A DNA stretch of 64,000 nucleotides, from assembly GCA_028023455.1 (NCBI GenBank), contig JAQFVV010000003.1, positions 26,722,001-26,786,000 of the forward strand, in the 5' to 3' direction. This document shows, one piece after another, positions 50,237-63,381 of the stretch. The translations under genes were made by a program, and so were the position numbers. Within the stretch, counting starts at the first letter, position 1. Every line of letters begins with the position of its first letter. Under the pieces are notes generated by a model. That model saw only the letters and a program-made list of their open reading frames with translations. It had not been told where the DNA came from and searched no databases. Origin of the DNA: Epiperipatus broadwayi. Taxonomy: Eukaryota > Animalia > Onychophora.

Positions 50237-53200
50237 TTATTATTAATTATTATTAGTTTTGTTTCAAAGATAACTTTATTCATTACTAATGGTTTCATTG
50301 GACTATATGTACATAACATACATGTATTTTGTTAGGAGATAAAAATCTTCAACTAAAAGTTCATAGAAATGAAGTCTCATGAGATAATTATAAAGTTCTT
50401 GTTACAAGTTTAGACAGTGTAGAGTCAAACAAATTACTTGGAACATGCACAGAAGTATAAGTGACCCAGGAATGCCTTAATGATAACAGACAGCTTCTTC
50501 AGCCTCATCAGGTTCCAGAATTATATGTATTGACGGGATGGATAGTTATAGATTTGACCACTCTTTTATGAGTGGCAATGTGGCAACAATTATGTCTAAA
50601 GAGGCAATTTTTTTTATCTCTAGCCCTAAGCTACTCATGTTTGTTGTATAATATGCATGGGTGATATCTGATGTTGTTGCCAAAGCAAGATATGCTGTGG
50701 GTCCACTAGAATGCATATAGCACAAACATGGATGCCCCGGCTGCTGGTGTTGTACCTTTGTGGTAAACATCAATAATGCTACAAAGGGTGATGTTTTTTG
50801 CTTGTACATATTAAGCATGATGTTGCAGATGTTTGTTAAGGCTGAGTTGGTGTATAGGAATTGTTCCTGTGTTTCCTCTTCAGTGTGACATAGGCAGCAA
50901 AGGGAGTCAATGTTTTTTATATAATCTTTTGTTCCTGAGGAAATGAGCAGTTGGCAGTGCGTGAGGATTGATTTTGAGTTGAAAATCAAAAAACTTGAGT
51001 TAAAGTGACCATTTTTTGAATCCATGAAGCAACTGAGCATTGGTTATTTCTAGCATCAGGTTGAAGGTATTAGACGTTTGGCTAGGATGTATTAGTTAGT
51101 AGATGTTCCAGTATTTGCTTGTGTTTTGTAAAGATATCTGAGTGGATATACTTTGGAATTGATATATGAGTAATTATTGGTATCTGTATGAGGGAGGTCT
51201 ATCCATGGGTGTTATCTTTAGTACACATAGTAGTGCTGTAAAGTGTCTTGTGGTGGCTGTTAATAGATTTGATGCTTTTTTGTATATGAAATACATGAAT
51301 GTCATGAAGGCATAATCCATTGTACATAGTGGGGCAACTTAACTGTTTTATAGAGATGGATACTATCATCTTACACCAAAGTAGCTTGCTTCAAAGTAAA
51401 TATATTATGGAAGTAAATGATTTGGTAAACTTAATAACTGATGAGTTAATTTGAATTAAACACTTTTAGATATATCTAGAGGTAGGACTTAAAAAGATAG
51501 GTAGTCATTTATTTTAGCTCCCATAAAAAAAGGAAAACCAAGAGATTTATCTGTTTTGCCATGGTTGGTTTATATGTGTAGATTGACCAGGTAGCAGTTT
51601 TGTCTAGGTTGAACTTAAGTTTGTAGTTTGATGTGTATTCTTCCATTATTCTCTATAAAGTTGGCAATTGGTTTTTTTTAGTCAAGGAAGACAGTAATAT
51701 CATCCATATAAGCTATGCATGGTATATATTGACCAATTTGAATGCCTGGAATTTCTTTCTGGATTTTGATTAATAACAGAGTAATGTATAACATAAGTAG
51801 TAGAGAACTAAGCAGTGATCCTTGTAAAATGGTTGAGTGGGGATGACTGAAGATGAGCATCTACCATTAAGTATTATGTGAACTTCATGGCTCAGCATTA
51901 GGTTTGTAAGCCTACATATCATGGTACAAGGAATTGATGTGTATGCAAGCCTTTCAATTAAGGTGTTGACTGGGACAGAATCAAAAGCATCCTGAATATC
52001 AATTTAAATGTCAATAGGAGCATATTTATTTTCTCTCAAAATGAATCCATAATTGTTTTAAACTTGAATGCTGCTTGGCCAATGGATGAAACTTTGCATG
52101 GTTGATATTTGAGAGAGTAAATGAGGTTCTATCTTATCCTTGAGTACTTTTTCAAGAATTTTTATACTCAGAGGGCTCATAAAGATTGGCTATGGGTGCT
52201 GAATTTTTCTTAAATGGTACAAGGGCATTTTATACTGTAGGGATTTTGTGATAAATAGTTTACAAGATCACTCAGGTACATGGTAGTCAATTGGCTAAGA
52301 TGGGAGAATACAAACCTGGGTATTCATTGGGGCCATGGCCCTGAATAGCATGCATTATAGATGATGGCAAATTTGACTGCAAACTCAGTGTTTTGGAAAG
52401 ATGTATCTGTTTCAGGCTTGCAAAAGAGGTCTGCCAGTGGTGTGAAGGCATTGTGTACTTGAAGTTTCTATGTAAAATGCTGGGAGATTGATTATGTCAC
52501 ACTATGTTCATCATTGGTCATTCTTTTGGTCTCCAGTGTCATAGGCACTCTCATGATAGATGGGTAATGCAATGGAATATAATGCTGTGGGGAGGTATGT
52601 TGCTGAGTAAGGCAGATTTTTCTTTTTTTTTATTGATAGGTAATCTTTGAGTTTTCTGCATGCATTATTATATGCATGAATGAGTTTTCTGATATGTGTG
52701 TAGTTATCATGATTGGTTGCCACATGGTGACTTTTTTGTGTGCAATTCATCAGCTAAAGCAAGTAGTTTGGAGGGTGGTGAGATGCTGTAGGTGACATGT
52801 TGATATTCAATGAAAAAATATTGATGAATGAGATGTATCTTTGAACAGGATCAAATGGCATATTTTTGATTTTGTACAGCATGATATAGGTTTCTGAGTA
52901 TAGAAATTTAAGGGTGGCTGTTGGAAGTGTGGCATTCTTATTGTTTTGTGATGGTTAAGCATGGATGTTTGAATTGCAATGAAGTCAGGCTCAAGTATCT
53001 AGGCAGTATAGTCCAAAAATGGAGTGAGGTTAATGTTCAACTTATGTAGTATGGAGTATTGGAAGCACAAATCAATGAGGGAAATGAATCCCCCATTGAG
53101 ATGACTGGATAAGGGATTGATGAATAAGAATGAGCTGGTTGGGATTATTACTAAACCTGTACTTCTTGATGGTGATGATAAGTTTGTGGAACATGTACAA

Positions 53201-55630
53201 AAACCCTGTCAGCTTAGTAGGCTTGAATGATTTATTTGTGTGCTCTTATTGATTTTTGTTTCCAGAAGACCAAGGATATGTGGCTTAATAATGGAAATCT
53301 ATTTGCTCAATTGGTGAACTTTTGAAGTTGTTTAACCTCGAACATTAAGTGCCGCCATTTTTTTATTTTCATAATGGTGTTAATTTAAAGTTGTAATTAT
53401 AAATTTTATTAAACGCTCACTATTATTTCAGTAATAGTTTTAACAAGGCTGTAAACCTTAGCAATGAGCGTCTGAAAAAATCGTCACTAGGGACCTCTGT
53501 AGGTCTTTAAAACACATGCTTACGCTATGAAGAAAAGAGAGAATCCTCCATAAAGAGAGAATCCTCTTCTTTACTTCGACCTACTTTTATATATAAATAG
53601 GTGAAGCAGAAGTGTTTTGATCTAAGAGTGTGAAGCTATTAAACACTTCACTAATTAAGTCCACAATTCTTATAATACATTAATACTCGCGAAATCTTAC
53701 GATTTACTACGAGTTAATGAAAAGATCTTATAGTAAGAAATATATTACGATAATTTAAAGTTGTAATTATAAATTTTATTAAACGCTCACTATTATTTCA
53801 GTAATAGTTTTAACAAGGCTGTAAACCTTAGCAATGAGCGTCTGAAAAAATCGTCACTAGGGACCTCTGTAGGTCTTTAAAATACATGCTTACGCTATGA
53901 AGAAAAGAGAGAATCCTCCATAAAGAGAGAATCCTCCATAAAGAGAGAATCCTCTTCTTTACTTCGACCTACTTTTATATATAAATAGGTGAAGCAGAAG
54001 TGTTTTGATCTAAGAGGTGTATAGAATAAATGACAAGGCTATGTAGGGATTTACATTTTAAAATTTTTTTGCTATGATGGTTTGTGTATGATTTTTTATC
54101 TATTACAGACTATGGTCTTTTTAAAAGTGTTACTTTTCTGTGTGTTTGATTTCAAATTTCTCTTTGTTTAATAATGATGTGTACTTTTTTTATTAAACTC
54201 ACTATGCTGAATTTTGTTTGTTGGTTGTGTGTTAAGTCACTTAAATTCCATGGGTATTAAGTCATTAGTGATCATGTTGCTTGTATAGCTGAAAAAGGTT
54301 CAAGCTCAAGCACTTTAATCTTTTTTGACTCATGATTTTTTCTTGGTCATCCAGGTCCAGATTGTCTTTTGCCTTCTGGAGGGTGGGGGTTCTACAGGTT
54401 GAAGGCATAATGTTATATTGTCCATTATTTATGTAATTTTGTTTATAATTGTAACAGTGATACCTTGTTGGTTGTTGGTTAAGTTTGTTTGAGCAGGTTG
54501 TTTAATAGTCATGTGGTGTGTTGGACTTGTGTCATAATTTGTAGTTGTTTGACTGTGACTTGTGGCAGTACTGTGAGTATAATCTGCTCTCTTTACTGTT
54601 AGATCAATTCAAAGTATTTCTTCTCTAATGGAGGGGGATGCAGAAACCTATTCAAAATGGAAGTCATCCATCTGGCTGCGGATTGATGTTGTGAATGTTA
54701 CTTGTGTTTTTGCTTTTGATTGTGGGTGCATTGTTTGATTTTTTAACTATCATGGTTGCACTATGTGCATTGAACAGTGGAGCACTGGATGGAAAGGTGC
54801 CTGTGTTGTTCACAAGTGTAGCATTGAGGTTTTACGACTCTAGTGTAGAGACAGACTGTGGCTCTTAGTTAGCAATCTTAATTCATTTAACTTTATTTTG
54901 AATTCATAATTATCATGATATATAGCTATTGGGTATCTTTTATATATATATATACGGGCTATAGAGAGATTACCTTTCTAAATGACTCCATCATTTTTTG
55001 GAAATCCTGAGTGGTGTATCGAATTGAGGATTCCAGTTATATAACTGTGACAGTTTTTATCTACTATGACAAAAACAAAGTCACCTAGAGTCTTAATCTT
55101 GGCTTTAAAATTATCTCTTTGGCTGGCCTCATGAAACTCAATTGCATTATATCTTGAATTGGGATAATCTGCTATCCAAAGTACTGTATCCCATAAACCA
55201 TGCAGATTGACTGCTTCATAAAACAGAACCCTGTATCTGTGGCTGATAAAACTATGGATCTTGGAGAGAAAAACTTTTGAAGTGATAAAAAAAAACCTAT
55301 GTGATTGTGTTGCTGATCTTCTGTCTAATAGCTTCACATGTTTCAGTTGTCCATGCTGTAGAAGAAGATGGATTTGCTAATTTGCATTTTAGATCAAATT
55401 TTTTTTAATTGTTGATTTTACAACTGTTTTGCTTGTTTTTATTTAAAATATTTTTTTGCTATATTACCATAGGAATTTTTTCTGTTAACACCGGGATTGT
55501 TGCTAAATCACTATTGGCCCTTGCAGTTACTGGTGTCTGTATGTCATCTTAGGTTGATTTTATCACTAATGTAAACCAGTTATTGTATGAGAATTTTTTT
55601 ATTTGTATAAGCAGGGATTTTAACGAAAAT
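50237..55630 (-). mobile_element. Near full-length, decayed L1/Tx1-like LINE (ORF1 plus ORF2)
   Basis: ORF1 RRM-like segment (54978-55337, PNSRYNAIEF). ORF2 starts MAALNVRGLN at 53358, with RT motifs QGSLLSS and IAYMDDITVF and a C-terminal CxxC zinc finger (LCCLCHTEEETQEQF). AATAAA and a (TAA)n tail at ~50237-50280. Confidence 0.85.
53381..54015. repeat. A-B-A partial tandem insert (370-bp period) inside the LINE
   Basis: A copies at 53381-53626 and 53751-54015 are almost identical (the second has an extra 18-bp duplication). GGTGT flanks both sides (53376-53380, 54016-54020). Confidence 0.9.
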
Positions 55631-56099
55631 GTATTTAATAACTTATCTTGTTTTATTTATTATTATAATTCTTTTCATTTATTTGTAAATAACAGCTTAG
55701 TAGCCACAAGTATTTACAGTAGTAATACAATAATATATGTATGTATTTATCTATAGGTGTTCCTTACATAATATGTCAAATTTGTGAATAAATTGTTCTT
55801 TGTAATGTTTGTAAATAAAATAAATCTTGACTTCTAGAGTTAAAACTTGGAATTCTGAGGGAAATCTTATTTGTCATCTATTCTGATGATATTTTGCCAT
55901 TTGTTAATTTTAAGTAAAACATAACTGCTATTGCACATACTATTGTTTTTATTTAAGTATGTATTATCATGAATGTATCTATAATATTTATCTTGAATTT
56001 TTGAAGTTTGTTTATTGTTGAATAATTGTAATTATTCCATATTACAGATCCATAACTGGCATTATCTGTGTATTAAAAACTAAGTTGTAGGTTTCTAAT

Positions 56100-56420
56100 T
56101 TGAGTTTAAAATTTAATCTCAATATTAAATCCATAACTTTATAGGATTTATTTATTGCTTTCTGAATGTGATTATTAAAAGAGAAATGGTTGGTAAAGGT
56201 AACACCCAAATCTTTCTATGTATTATTCCTAGGTATTCCACAACCATTAATATCATAATAAGCAATATTAATCATGGTTTTCTTGGAATAAAATATTATG
56301 TTACATTTAGTTGTATTTATTTTCATGTTATTCTCTTCACACCAAACCCATTGTATTTGCTTTCAAGAAAAGAGTCTCATGATCTACTCTATCAAAAGCT
56401 TTAGAGAGAGCAACGTAAAT
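56100..56420 (-). mobile_element. Internally deleted LINE RT fragment (CR1/Jockey-like)
   Basis: KAFDRVDH, WCEENNMKINTTKC and KDLGV motifs. Confidence 0.7.
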
Positions 56421-57299
56421 GATGTCAAGTTGTCTAAGTGTTGATTGGTTTCAATGATATATATATACGGGTGTGTGTGTGAATCGGTTGTATAAGATGG
56501 AGTGGATGACTAAAGGGAGCTTGAAGATCTGGGTTCAAATTCCCTCTAATTAGATATAAATAACTGAAAAGGAAAAATATATATGCCTTCTATTATTAGG
56601 ATTTTTTTTTTTTACTAATTATTGATTCGTCAATTAAAAACAAGTACTATTTTTATAATTTAAATTTTTAGTAAAAATATGAAGTTTCAAATGACAGGTA
56701 TTTTATAAAAACATTTCAAATACTATGATTCCATCATTCAAATGATATGAACTTCTGTAAATTGTAACAATTAAGGATTACTATTTCAAAGAAAATATAG
56801 TTTTATTTTTGTTTAGGAAGTTTGTACTGTAATTCAAGTTCAAGCATATTAACTATTAAAATGTTGTCTTAAATAAACATTTCTCAAGCTTTTTTAAAAT
56901 ATTTTGTGACGGTTTATTTTAAAAAAAAAAAAAACATTTTCTTATGATAAATATTTTATCAAATCAGTCTCTGGCTATCTATAAATAAACAATCAGAAAT
57001 GAAATAATAAAAATAAGTATATGGTTAGCTGCTTGAGATATCATGTGATATTTGCACATCCAGTTAGCAGATTGAGGATAACAGCTCCTTTCAACGCTCA
57101 TTCTCAATCCTCATCTCTTCTCCTACTTGTTGCTTTACTAAGCTGGAAATCCTAATCTGCTTTACAACATTAAATAACAAGAATAATATTTCAAAAAACC
57201 AGAAGTATAATATAATATTTTTGAAGGAGGAGGTAACATTCATTTGAATTGTCGAAGCTTTCAATTATTAATGTCCAGTTGTATCCTATAATTTTTTCC

Positions 57300-57545
57300 C
57301 ATCCATTATAACAACTTATTTGTAAATGAAGTGCAGTTTTTCAAAAACTCGTACACACTTTTGCCCATCTACGATAAATCTATTTCTCAATTATAAAGAA
57401 AATTTTATAGATAAATGGTAAAAAAATAAAATGGCTTTCAAATAGGTCACTGCAAAGCAAAGGCCTTTTTCAACAGCTTTTATAAGAGAAATATTGAAAG
57501 AGATACTACTCACACGACTTGTCCAATTTCTAGATAGTGAGATTG
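57300..57545 (+). mobile_element. LINE RT fragment
   Basis: FKNSYTLLPIYDK and RPFSTAFIREILKEILLTRLVQFLD resemble the RT region WKxAxVxPIxK...RPISLL...KILEK...RL. Confidence 0.45.
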
Positions 57546-58994
57546 CGTTTATTTATTTTTTTGTTTTGTCTTCTAATTAACAATATCTAAATATTCATTT
57601 ACTAACCAGTAGTGAATATTTTTCTAAAATAGCTGGGGACGCAGTTACTAGAGAAAAAAAACTATAAGCCTGATCAAAACCTGTAACAAATTTCAATTCT
57701 ATTCAGCCAAAAATTAGAGCACTCCGTAGTAGACATAGTTAGCAGGATGCGCTACTATTGTATGTACCACAGAGCCTTTTCTGAGAAAATTGCATAAAAA
57801 GAGGAGAACTCATAATGACATATACAGCTTTTTTTAAAAAAAAAATTTAAAAGTAAGTAATAAAAATAACTGTTAACATTTTTACTCTAATTAAAAATTT
57901 TAATTTTTATATTTAATGAATTGGTAAGTGTTAAGAGAAATTGAACTTCTATTAAACTGTTTGATCTTCTTATGTCTCCAAATAATGGTTGATGAAATAG
58001 TTCGAGTTCAGAATGAGATAAATTGCCAATTTTATCTCCATCAGTTAATCTCACAGAGATTCAATTAATTTATATTCTGTATATTAAAACACATTATATT
58101 TTCTAATCAATTTTAATTAATTGAGTTGAAGAAAGTTTTAATCATAACTTGTATTAAGTCAAAATTATCACAGGAATTCGTTAATGATCTGAAATCAAAT
58201 TAGCTTTCGATAATACATTTATTTTCTGAGCATATGTATATAGCGTGTGCGCACGTGTGCGTATAAAATTAATGATTGACTTAAAGATATATTCATCCAA
58301 GCATATTTCAAATTTATAGACATACATCTTTTCTCAAATTCCATTATTTCTAATTATCTATAGGTTAAACATTCCATATCCCTCTCACTGTACATGGGTT
58401 GTGTTTGGCTAAATTTACAGGTTCGGTTCCAAACCAACAGACAAATGATGACAATACTCAACAATTAATATGTATAATTTATTAGTGACAAAAATATACA
58501 CACATGTTAGTTAATAAAACATATAAATATGGTCTATACAATTTAATGCTGAGGCAGTCGTGCAAAATAATGGAACTCACTTCCAGCTATATAAGTAGCC
58601 TGCCTCGCAAGTTCAAGTACGACTTCCGGCTGTGCTGGACAGCTTGCCTCGAGTCGACTGCAGTCATAGCAGTTTCCAGTCCTAGATGTACTTGCCTCAT
58701 TTCTGTAGGCAGAGTTTTCACTGGAGAGCACGTTCAGTCATTCAGGTTTACAGAAGTTAACGCTCTCTGTCTTGCCTCCAAAAAGACTGACAATTTAATG
58801 GCAGATCCCCTACCTTACTGGAAACACTCAGATTATGTGTGCGAACCCCCAATGAAGAATTTTTTCCATTGGATAGTGAGTGGTGTTAGCTAATAAGGCA
58901 AGGAATCTGGAATAGTCCACTTCTAAAGGCAAGGTCAGATATGACACATGTATTTTATAAAACTGAAATTTATTTATCAAGCGCATAGTACATT

Positions 58995-59266
58995 ACATAA
59001 TCAAATAGAAGGGATTTTCACATATGTGCTGCATGAATTTTATATCAGCTCAACAATGCTGTGATGGGTACAGGAAGACTCTCAAACCCAAACATAAAAT
59101 AGACTATAAAGATAAGAGTAGCATCTTATCTTTAACTTAAATTTTAAAAGTCTATCTTGTGTTTGGGTTGAGAGTCTTCCTGTACTCAACACAGCATCAT
59201 TGCCTATATAAAATTAGTACAGTACATATGTGAAAAGGAGAAAATTCTTTCTATTTAATTATTGTA
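58995..59266. repeat. Imperfect fold-back (MITE-like) element
   Basis: 59068-59085 pairs perfectly with 59168-59185; outer arms TTTCACATATGT / ACATATGTGAAA; inner AAAGATAAGA / TCTTATCTTT. Confidence 0.85.
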
Positions 59267-60582
59267 TTTTATGAGTATCTTTGCTCTCTAAGTGATCTGG
59301 AGACTTTAAACGCTTAAATTTCTACAGCTATGTTGACATGACAGTCGAATATATTTATTTGATAATATGATTTATTTAATTTCAAACCTTGAATTTGTTT
59401 GGAATTAAATACCTCAATTGTGCTTAATTCTTTGATACAATACAGATGCAAATTTCACATAAGATAAGAATATTTATATTATAAAGTGTTTTAAGGTAGA
59501 GAGATATTGTCCTCATCTTATGGAAAAGAGATAGCATGCTGAACATTTGAGTCTTATTTGGATAATATATACTACTACAATTCTGGCTTTGATTATTATA
59601 TGTATTTCTTTTGACATTTTCTATTATGTGATGTATTATAAAGTGGATAATAATTGTTCTTATATTGGGAAGAAAATGAAATCAGGTTATATTAAAAATG
59701 GGTAGTGATAGTATAACAGATTGCAATGTAGAAAAGTGCAATTAGAAGCACTAATAAAACTAAAACATCAGGTTGTTTAAAATGTTCATTTCCATAATTG
59801 CTAATTATTATGTATGATTTTGATTGAAGTTTAAAATTAATGTCTGTGTTAATGAATGATATAATAATCTCTCATTAAGTCTAAAAAATAGCTAATGATA
59901 AACGTTAATGTGTTTGCCTGAAATGAATTGTATAAAAAGTTGAGAAATGCAGAAAGTTAGGCACTTGTAAATCAAATATATTGAGATGGTTATGTATCTT
60001 GTGGCATTCAACAACAAAATAATGTATGTGTGTATATATTGTAACTGACTGCTGGGGTGGACTTCTACACAAGGTTTATAAATCAGTCAATTTAATGATG
60101 CATACAAAATTTAAGTTCTTGTTATGTCAGTCATCAATAATAAATAAATAAATATGCTTTCCTAGAGCTTTGAGAGGAGTACTAAAATATGCACCGACTT
60201 CTTCTTTCTAATCTTTAAATACTATGCTTTTAAATCATAAGCATGTAACCCTTTTAATATTATTTGCCTATGATATTTAATTTGAATTAGGAATAGAAAC
60301 ACCTTCCAACTCAAATCAAAATATCCAATCCACCCACAATAATTCTATTACCCTGATAACAAAATGAAATACTAATCTAGCTCAGTCTTCCTTTAAACTA
60401 TTCATTTGCAAAATAAATAAGTAATCTTAATAAAAGAAATTCTATTTATAAGAGAATTATATATCTATTCAACAACTAAGCAAACAATGCAAAACTCCCA
60501 AGAAATATAATAGGTTTTATTAATCGACCATTACAAATGTTCTAATAAATATCGAAGATTAACACAACCAAGTTGCTATAAT

Positions 60583-60744
60583 TTAAACTATTCGATTATC
60601 ATTCAACATATATTATGACTTAAATAATTGTAGACCTTTGGTCTTCCATTAAACAAATATGATCTATTTTTTGTTTAATGGAAGACCAAAGGTCTACAAT
60701 TATTTAAGTCATAATATATGTTGAATGATAATCGAATAGTTTAA
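60583..60744. repeat. Perfect 75-bp inverted repeat with 12-nt spacer
   Basis: 60583-60657 is the exact reverse complement of 60670-60744. Confidence 0.95.
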
Positions 60745-61149
60745 CATTTAACATATTAAATACTATATAATATTTAAAAATAATAATAGCATTATACCTT
60801 ATAACAAATAAATTTAAAATATTTTAATTAATCTAAAATTCTATTTTCATTTTTAATATGCCTATTATATAATAATCAAAATAAACATGTATTTAACTAA
60901 TATAAATGCATAGTATATGATAATATAATAATGCTATATAAAATTGATATAATGAAAATAATGTCATAATAATACATCATCTTACCTATTCACTTGTTTT
61001 ACTTGCGAATGAATTTCAATTGCATAAAAGAAAATAATTTACAACCAAAATATTTGTGGGAAACTCTCTATAAATTAATAACTGCTTTGACTATTTTAAA
61101 TTTAACATAAATTTATTTACAAAAAAAATATATAATTTATTAGACTACA

Positions 61150-62060
61150 TTTTATCAACAAGCAGATAATTATGCGATAATCCATATTGTCTTGAATTTA
61201 ATTTTAACTTTACCAATATGACAGTCAAGCCATTGGAAATTCAAGGATACATACAGCCAAACTCAAACTCACCCTATTTGCACAAATTAGCTGGATTTAC
61301 ATCCTTCTTGCACAGAAATCACAGACTATGTAAATTTGAATCAGACCACAAAAAGAACACAAACTATACAAAAGAACTGAAAAGCATTCGATTCTTGCTG
61401 AACACTATCAACAAAAAGATTAGACAATTTCATAGCAAACTAGAACTGACTCTGTTAAAAACAACAAACCACGAATGCTGCTGCCTTACATGCTGTCAAT
61501 TTTCAGAAAATGTTATAAAATATTTGCTAAGTCCTTCGAATTAGGATTCCATACACCACCTTCAATGAACAGACTAATAAATAATACCAAAGATCAAATA
61601 TCCTCTGATCAGATAGCACAAGCAGTGTACAAAAGTGCATGTTCAAGCAACAGATGTAAAGTAGCATACTATGGAGAGACTTGTGCCAACATCACAACCA
61701 GAACTTCTCAGCATAACTACTTATATAGGAAAGCACTAAACAACACTAAAAGTAAATCTATATTCCTCTTACACCAAAGATCCATAGGCCATATATTTGC
61801 ACCCACAATAGCAAAGGCACTGGGCACAGAGTGCAACAATACTAAATGCAAAATAAAAGAAGCGTACTTCATTGCAAATAATGACAATGCAATAAACCGG
61901 AAAGAATCATGTTTTTTCATCTCTAGAAAGTGGACTATATGAAGACATTGAATAAATTGCTACCCAGTTGTTTAAAATCACAATTCAAGCTGACTTTCCC
62001 AAGATAGGCCATGAATATAGGGACAAAAGGTTCCCGAAAGTGTTCAGATTCTCTTGATAT
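61150..62060 (+). mobile_element. 5'-truncated Penelope-like element (RT thumb plus GIY-YIG), same family as 40438-41460
   Basis: KPLEIQGYIQPNSNSP and AVYKSACSSNRCKVAYYGET...RTSQH...KIKEAYFI...INRKE motifs; frameshifted. Confidence 0.85.
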
Positions 62061-63381
62061 TAAACTTCATTTGTTTGCATAACGTGCAATTTGTAACTTA
62101 CTCTATTTTATGTGTTTTTATGAATCATGAAGGAAAATATACTTACTTGTATGCAGACCAACATAATACCTTTCTCAAGAATTGGAGAAAGTTTTTATTG
62201 TTATAATAAATCAATATAAATCTACCAAATTGAATTAAATTAATTTAAATATAGAAATAAGGATCTATAGACATTTTACCTTTCTCTCATCTTAAAACAA
62301 ACACATATATCTACAAACAGTCAACTAAAATTATTATTACAATCACTTTTTTTTCCCACATTAACACATATAAAATTATCAATCTTACTAGATAAAAGAA
62401 GACACATATTTTTACAAAAGAAATGAATATCATATTCTCTTATAACCTGAATTGTTTTTAATATTATCCAGTCAACACAAATCCCATAAGGTTTTGATTG
62501 ATTTAAAAATCCTTTGTTCATTTTATAGATATTGGTAGTATTAGGTTTTGTCCAAATTTGATGTTTAATGTTATGATTCGAATTTTTCCTAAGCTTACAT
62601 CCATATGTAATATTGAAAAGAAAAAAAAAATTCTTTATTGATCTTGATAAAGTCGAATGAGTGCAGATTTGATTTGAATGGAATTAATAAATTTTAATTA
62701 ATGCATTTTAGCTTTAAGATTAATTTATTGATAATAAGAACAATATTAATTGATAAGATATTTCAGTATAACAGCAAATTGTTAAATATCAATATTTCCG
62801 AAAATCTATACAAATTTTTTTTTGTTCATTTCCAGAACTTACTTTTCTGCACAATTACAACACCTTTATTTCGACATTGTCTGGTAACCTCTGGCCTTGT
62901 TTATTTTTCCAAACTCTCTGCAGTCTTTTTAAATAAATATATTTTCTTTTATCTACTTCGTAATTTTCTTTATTTAGCATTAACTTCTTAAATAAATAAA
63001 TTACATTAATAAAAATAATTGATTCTTTCTTTTATCTGATCAAATCATATTGGTAAATAAATAGCAGAATAAAACTGATTTGGGATAATACAAGCATAAA
63101 CAGAAAATGTACGGAGAAAAATAAACAAAAATGCTATTTCATCGACAACTACTTTTATATCTCTTTCCAAAAAAATGTTGTTGCTTTTTTTTATTTTTTT
63201 ATTATTGATATCACATCTCTATGGCAATCCAAAAATTTTCTTCCATATCGCTTCCGGTTCTTAAACAGCAAACAACGTGAACGATAGCTCTCCTCAAAAA
63301 TTGAAATCAGCAGGAAAGGGGGTATCAAACCCCATTCCAAACCCCTAAATACAAGGTAAGAGAAGTTTTATATATTTAAAA

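Noticed and set aside
50485-50515. Minus-strand CTGATGA-GGC...GCT
   Set aside because: GAAA is absent (GTCT follows), and it lies in the L1 3' region.
53467-53526. Hammerhead-like layout with stem I AGCGT/ACGCT
   Set aside because: Both essential Gs are missing (CTGAAAA, AAAA) in both repeat copies, and stem III does not pair.
57440-57533. Splice-bounded host exon
   Set aside because: The translation is better explained as a LINE RT fragment.
197-63000. Most short ORFs in the supplied track
   Set aside because: They are 60-130 aa, rich in F/I/L/K/Y/N as expected from random AT-rich DNA, or are antisense/frameshifted pieces of TEs; no motif support.
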